Program-made: the position numbers and the translations under genes | Shown: piece by piece, positions 26,021-31,789 of the stretch | How positions within the stretch are numbered: position 1 is the first letter of the stretch | Layout: each line of letters starts with the position of its first letter | NCBI GenBank assembly: GCA_964397125.1 | Contig: CAYNHJ010000002.1 | Coordinates: 1 to 31,789, forward strand | Source of the DNA: an uncultured Candidatus Peribacteria bacterium | GTDB lineage: Bacteria; Patescibacteriota; Gracilibacteria; Absconditabacterales; Absconditicoccaceae | Reading direction: 5' to 3' | DNA: 31,789 nt | Notes under the pieces: generated by a model | Told to the model about the DNA's origin: nothing | Database searches by the model: none | Seen by the model: the letters and a program-made list of their open reading frames with translations, nothing else

Positions 26021-27340
26021 TTATATTCTTTCATATCTTTCCATTAAAATCTCTGAATTTATTTTATTTATAATTTCTTGAACAACACCTACTATAATAA
26101 TAATACCCGCTCCTGAAACTAAAATAGGCAAAGTTCAAATACTAACTATAGCATTCTGAACAAAAGGTATATATCCTAATATATAAGTATAAATTCCTAT
26201 AAAACCTAAACCTAATCCTCACCAAAAACATAAATGTAACAACACACCTGTTAAATATTTTGCTGTTTCTTCTCATGGTCTTATTCAAGGTATATATCAT
26301 CATCTTTTTTGAATAGTTTCTGCTAACTTTTCAGGACTAAATACTATAAAAGTATAAAAAAAAGTAAAAAGAACAATTAAAACAAAATAAATTCATACAG
26401 CTATCAAAGAAGGAGTTTGAGAATAAATATTAAGATTTGTAGAAATCCATTCAGCAATAGATCTCAAAATAGAATTTGAAATATTTAACTTCAACATAAA
26501 TTCTGAAATCATATATGGAAAAGAAACAAAAGCCATAGCAAAAATAATAGGAATCATCCCAACAGGATTTAGTGGAATAGGCAAAACAGCAGTTTCTTCT
26601 ATTTTTCAATGTCTAGCATATATTATAGGTATTTCCTTAATAGTTCTTATAAGTAAAATTGAAAGGATAATTAATGAAATAACTATAGCTAACATCAAAA
26701 TTATAATAGCTAATATTTCCGTACCTGCAGAAAGTAAGAATCACCATAATTTTCAAGTAAGTCCTGCTACTATAGAAGAAAAAATAATTATAGAAATACC
26801 ATTACTAATCCCTTTTTCTGTAATAATTTCTCATAACCACATTAAAAGAATAGTTCCAACTGTCATAACAAAAGCAGCTAACAATACATTAGTGACAGAA
26901 ATATTAATCAGATTTCATCAAAAAATATAATTTATAAAAAATATCATTCAAATAGATTGAAGAAAAGCCAACGGTACAGTCAACCATCTAGTATATCTTT
27001 GAATCTGCATATATCAAACTTCTCATTGTTCTTGTAATTCTTCCAAAGAAGGTACAACAGCAGTCAAAAGTTGCATAATGATAGATGCATTAATAAACGG
27101 TATCAGTCCTACGGCAATTATTGAAAATTTTCTCAAAGTTCAACCAAATAAAGCAAAAAAAGTTGCCAACCCTCATGCATTAGTAGAAATTCTCTCCATC
27201 AAAATATCGATATTTACAAAAGGAACAGGAATGACTACTAAAAATCTATATATTATCAACAAAGCTAAAGTAAATAGTAATTTTTTTCTTAATGATTGAC
27301 TATACCAGATTTCTTTAAAATAATTAAAAACCTTAAACAT
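26021..27340 (-). CDS. secY: Preprotein translocase SecY (439 aa)
   Basis: LRKKLLFT, FSIIAVGLIPFINASIIMQLL, LLMWLGEIITEKGISNG, PIPLNPVGMIPIIFA, YIPGIRPG. Confidence 0.97.
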
Positions 27341-27370
27341 ATGAAAATTTTAAATTTTAAAATACTTAAC

Positions 27371-27826
27371 CTATTTTATCTGTCATCATACTTTTTCAAT
27401 TAATTGTTTAGCTTTTGAAGAAAAAGCCTCTATTCATTCAAAGTTTAATTTTTTAGTTAATTCTCATTTTGCTAGAATTTTCACTGGCTCCTTTTCTGAC
27501 TTTATATAATTAAATTTTACTAATAAGTCTTTTGTAATAGTATCTCAATCTTTTATTCTATCATCTTCATTTAATTTTCACAAATTAACTACAGAATAAG
27601 TTTTAACTAATTTGTAAAATCTTTTAAAACCTCTTAACTTAGGCAACCTTTGAGTTAATGGTGTTTGACCTCATTCAAACCAAGCAGGCATCCCTCCTCC
27701 TGATCTTGCAAGTTGTCCTTTTATTCATCTTCAGCAATAATTACCCTTTCAAGAAGCATTTCATCTACCTAATCTTTTCCCTGGTTTATTATATCATTTA
27801 GATCTTTTCAATTGATGCAATAACAT
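27371..27826 (-). CDS. rplO: 50S ribosomal protein uL15 (151 aa)
   Basis: KRLGRGNASGKG..CGRG.KGQLARSG...FEGGQTPL. Confidence 0.96.
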
Positions 27827-27854
27827 AATATTACAATTTTAAATAATATAAAAA

Positions 27855-28337
27855 TTATTGTAACCAACTTCTCTTTGATTTAAATCTAGAAAGAGCTCTA
27901 ATTGTAGCTAATGCATTTACTAATACATTTCTAGTTCAAATTCTCTTCGATAAAATATTTTGATATCATGCTAATTCTAACACACGTCTAATAGAAGATC
28001 ATGCTTTTAAACCAGTACCAGGTGCAGCAGGAATAAGTTTAACAATAGCAGATTTGTATTTATAAACAACAGGATAAGGAACTGTTGCTGCCTCTCAATG
28101 AATAGGAACTTCTATAACATTTTTGTAAGCATCATGAATAGCTTTTCTAACCGCAGATACAACATCTTGTCATTTTCATATACCTAATCATATCTTACCT
28201 TTTTTATTTCAAACTAATACTACAACTCTAAAAGACATTCTTCTTCATCATTTAGTAACTCTAGTTACCATTCTTCTATCAATTATTACCTCCTCAAAAC
28301 CAGTTTGTTTTTTTTCTTTTTGAACATTTCCACTCAT
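27855..28337 (-). CDS. rpsE: 30S ribosomal protein uS5 (160 aa)
   Basis: VTKGGRRMSFRVVVLVGN, PAAPGTGLKAGSSIRRVLELAG. Confidence 0.97.
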
Positions 28338-28363
28338 ATTATAAAATCTTTTAATTTATAAAA

Positions 28364-28729
28364 CTAAAACTTTAATCATTGCTCTCTAGCTCAATCTGCT
28401 ACTGCTTTCACTCTTCAAATATATTTATAACCATTTCTATCAAAAGCAACTTTCTCAATTCACTTCTCTAACAATTTTTTTGCTATCTGTTGACCTACTT
28501 GAAAAGCTCTCTCTGTCTTTGTTCCTCCAGAAAGTTTCATATCATTAGCAGATGCTAAAACATTTCAATTTTTATCAATTACCTGTGCATAAGTATATTT
28601 ATTTGATCTAAAAACTATCAATCTCGGCAAGTCAGAAACTTTTTTAAGTATGGTATTTACTCTATGTTTTCTTCTTAAATATCTTCTTCTTATTTCTTTT
28701 ATTCTATTTTTAATTTTCTTCTTTGACAT
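28364..28729 (-). CDS. rplR: 50S ribosomal protein uL18 (121 aa)
   Basis: PRLIVFRSNKYTYAQVID, FDRNGYKYIGRVKAVADGARA. Confidence 0.96.
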
Positions 28730-28756
28730 TTATGAAATATTAAAATTTAAATTTTA

Positions 28757-29308
28757 TTATTTTTTAGCTTGCTTTCATGCTTTAAGTTTAATTACTTCAT
28801 CAATATATCTTATACCTTTTCATTTATATGGCTCTGGCTTTCTAAACGACCTAATAACTGCAGCAGTTTGTCAAACTAATTGTTTATCTATTCAACTAAC
28901 AACTATAATATCATTTCATTTTTGGTCTTTTTCAGTAGTAATAGTTATACCTTCAGGAATCTCATATTCTATAGGATGAGAATATCATAAATTTAAAACT
29001 AATTTCTTTCCTTGAACTTTAGCACTATATCATACTCAAACAACAACTAACCTTTTCTCAAATCACTTAGTAACTCCTTCAACCATATTGTTTATCAACG
29101 TTCTAACTAATCACCACAGATTTTTATAATCTTCATCTTCTACATTAACAACCACTTTATTTTCCTCTAAACTAACTATAACTCATTTAGGCCATCTATA
29201 TTCAAGCTCTCCTTTTGGTCATTTTACTTTAATATACCTTTCCTCAGTTTTAACATCCACATTTACCCCTTCAGGTATAATAACAGGTTTTCTACCTATT
29301 CTTGACAT
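28757..29308 (-). CDS. rplF: 50S ribosomal protein uL6 (183 aa)
   Basis: MSRIGRKPVIIP, VKGPKG, GLNFKLGYSHP, RKPEPYKGKGIRY. Confidence 0.97.
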
Positions 29309-29335
29309 TAGCAGCTGTAAATTAAATAATAAAAT

Positions 29336-29740
29336 TTAATATATCTCCGCAATTAGTTCACCTCCAATCTTTTTAGCCTTAGCTTCATGAGAGGCCATCA
29401 CTCATTGAGAAGTTGACATAATTCCTATTCCTCTTCATCCTGCTACAGGTTTAATATCTTTTCGTCAAACATACCATCTTCTACCAGGCTTGGAATAAAA
29501 TTTTATAACAGGAATATCATTCACAGGATCTCTTACTTCAAACAAATAAATTTTCAAAAATTTTTTCTTTCATTCTTCAACTATTTCATAATCTTTTATA
29601 AATCTATACTTTTTCAATAACTTTAAAATATTTTCTTTAAAAGTAGAATAAATTACTCCATCAACCACTTTTCTCCTAGCCATATAAGAATTCTTTATTC
29701 TTATTAACATATCATGCACTGGTGCATTTACAAAGCTCAT
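29336..29740 (-). CDS. rpsH: 30S ribosomal protein uS8 (134 aa)
   Basis: PVHDMLIRIKN, SKPGRRWYVG[CGA]KDI, IMSTSQGVM, GGELIAEIY. Confidence 0.97.
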
Positions 29741-29765
29741 TATAAATTAATTTTACAATCTAAAA

Positions 29766-30035
29766 TTACCAACTAGCTTTTCTAACTCCCATTAATACAC
29801 CTTCTCTAGCATATTTTCTAAAACAAACTCTACACATACCAAATTCTCTTATAAAACCTCTAACTCTTCAACAAATAGGACATCTATTGTAATATCTAGT
29901 TATTCACTTATATTTTTTATACAATTTATATCTTTCTTCCCAAGATAAATTAGGATTTTCTTTTAAAATTTTCAAATACTTTTCTCTAATTTTTGCTAAT
30001 TTTTCTTGTTTTACTCTTAATGCTTTTCTAGCCAT
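29766..30035 (-). CDS. rpsN: 30S ribosomal protein uS14 (89 aa, Zn-ribbon retained)
   Basis: [42 protein letters not shown]. Confidence 0.96.
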
Positions 30036-30058
30036 TATACTAACTTAAGATAATAAAA

Positions 30059-30601
30059 TTATTTCTCAAAAATAAAACCTAAAGATTCTAACAATATTTT
30101 TGCTTCTTCATCTGAATCTGTAGTTGTTACTATATTAACCTGAACACCCATTGGAGTTTTAATATCATCAGGATGAATTTCTGGAAAAACAGTTTGATTT
30201 AAAAATGCATAATTATAATTTCACCATCAATCAAACTTTCTTGGAGATACTCATTTAAAATCCCTAACTCTTGGTAAATAGAGTTTAACCATTCTCTCAA
30301 TAAAATCATAAGCTCTTTTTTTTCTCAAAGTAACTTTTAACATTACAGGCATCCCTTCCCTTAATCTAAAATTTGATACTGACCTTTTAGCTCTAACTAT
30401 AACAGGTTTTTGTCCTGTAATAGTAGCCAAATTTTTTTCCAAATCAGAAAAATCTTTTATTCCCTTCCTAGTTACCAACGAACCTATACCCATACTAACA
30501 ATTACTTTTTCTATTTGAGGAACTTCATGAATGTTTTTTTTATTTAATTTATCTTTTAATTCATATCTTATTTTTTCCCTAAACTCTTTATACAAACTCA
30601 T
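30059..30601 (-). CDS. rplE: 50S ribosomal protein uL5 (180 aa)
   Basis: VPQIEKVIVSMG, ITGQKP, SVSNFRLREG, LPRVRDFKG, FDGGGNY. Confidence 0.97.
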
Positions 30602-30621
30602 TTTTTAGTCTATTAAAATAT

Positions 30622-30966
30622 CTAAATAAATTCCTTACCACATTTTTTACAAAATCTAACCTTTTTACCTCTTTCAGTAACTTTTATTCATACTCTCACA
30701 GGTCTTTTACAACTTTCACAATAATACATAACATTAGATATATGTATAGGAGCTTTTTTTTCTATAAATCACTGACCTTTTACAGCTCTCTTAACCAAAT
30801 TATTAATAACCACTTCTACTTCTCTTCCATTTTCATCTTTAACTTTCTTTTTAACCTCAATAAAACCATAAACTTTATCACCATCTATCTTTTCAATTTC
30901 AAAAATAGCACCTTTAAATTTTCACGCAATAACTTGAACTTTGTCTCCTTTTTTTAATTTCCTCAT
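30622..30966 (-). CDS. rplX: 50S ribosomal protein uL24 (114 aa; CxxC...CxxC)
   Basis: KLKKGDKVQVIAGKFKG, APIHISNVM, RVG. Confidence 0.95.
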
Positions 30967-30992
30967 TAAAGTAAATATTACTATCTAAAAAA

Positions 30993-31361
30993 TTATATAA
31001 CCTCTTCAGCTAAATTTGCTAATTGTCTAAAACCTTTTTCTCTTACTTCTCTTGCTACTGGACCAAAAATTCTTTTTCATCTAGGTTCTCAATCTTTATT
31101 TATCAAAGCAACAGCATTATCAGAAAACTTTATAACAGTTCAATCTTTTCTTTTAATAGCTCTTTTAGTTCTTATAACTACCCCCCATACTACATCACCT
31201 TCTTCTACTTGTCATCATGGAATAGCTTTTTTAATAGCTACTACCACAACATCCCCTACAGTAGCGTATTTAGCATTAGATCCTTTCTTCACTCTTATAA
31301 CCTTTCACAACTTAGCTCAAGTATTATCAGCAATAACTACCTTAGACTCGTTCCAAATCAT
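30993..31361 (-). CDS. rplN: 50S ribosomal protein uL14 (122 aa)
   Basis: ADNTGAK, YATVGDVVVVAIK, FSDNAVALI, RIFGPVAREVR, LAEEVI. Confidence 0.97.
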
Positions 31362-31389
31362 TAGAATAAAATGTTTAATTTATAAAAAT

Positions 31390-31662
31390 TTAAGAAGCTT
31401 TTTCAACTATTTCTACAAGAATCCATCTTTTAAGTTTAGATATAGGTTTAGATTCTCTTATTCTTACAATATCACCCATTTTAGACTCATTATTTTCATC
31501 ATGAACATAATATTTTTTTCTAACAACATATCTCTTTTTGTATAAAGGATGCATCTGAACTCTTTCAACCATCACAACACGAGTTTTATCCATTTTATCA
31601 CTAACAACCTTACCTACAAATTCTTTAATATTTTTTTTTACCTCTTCTCCTACAATAACCAT
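31390..31662 (-). CDS. rpsQ: 30S ribosomal protein uS17 (90 aa)
   Basis: [40 protein letters not shown]. Confidence 0.97.
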   Translation of the reverse strand: MVIVGEEVKKNIKEFVGKVVSDKMDKTRVVMVERVQMHPLYKKRYVVRKKYYVHDENNESKMGDIVRIRESKPISKLKRWILVEIVEKAS

Positions 31663-31669
31663 TGGTTAA

Positions 31670-31789
31670 TTATTTTTTATTAGATAAAATTTTTTCTTTT
31701 AAAATAGTTTTTGCCCTTGCAATAGCTTTTCTTGTTCTAGAAATAAGATGAGTTTGTTTTAATGGCCTCTCTTTCAAAGAATTTTTCAT
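31670..31789 (-). CDS. rpmC: 50S ribosomal protein uL29, C-terminal part (5' end outside window)
   Basis: LKQTHLISRTRKAIARAKTIL upstream of rpsQ; the ATG at the window edge is probably internal. Confidence 0.85.
   Translation of the reverse strand: MKNSLKERPLKQTHLISRTRKAIARAKTILKEKILSNKK

Overview
Very AT-rich core-genome window from a CPR/Patescibacteria bacterium, most likely Absconditabacteria (SR1); Gracilibacteria is the alternative. The supplied ORF track is fragmented because it treats UGA as stop. Here UGA encodes Gly (translation table 25): it falls at invariant Gly positions in RpoB, RpoC and ribosomal proteins, every complete gene I traced ends in TAA or TAG, and the window contains the cognate tRNA-Gly with a UCA anticodon (20809-20882). 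The only five in-frame CGA/CGG codons I found mostly sit where Trp fits better than Arg, which points to a second reassignment (CGR to Trp). Re-read this way, nearly the whole window is one co-oriented minus-strand translation/transcription cluster. In transcription order: rpmC(partial)-rpsQ-rplNXE-rpsNH-rplFR-rpsE-rplO-secY; an accessory block (FecR-like membrane protein, small ORF, plus-strand stand-alone DnaE-type PHP domain, hrcA-like gene, coiled-coil ORF, DUF58); a tRNA cluster; infC-rpmI-rplT-tRNA-Leu-putative rpsU-rplU-infA-rpmJ-rpsMKD-rpoA-rplQ-rplM-rpsI; rpsO-rpsA; rplJL-rpsB-orf-tsf-rpsF-ssb-rpsR-rpmH-rpoB-rpoC; and the start of a secreted CBM2-like protein. I found no rRNA, CRISPR array or mobile element. 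All calls come from manual translation and motif recall; no database searches were run.
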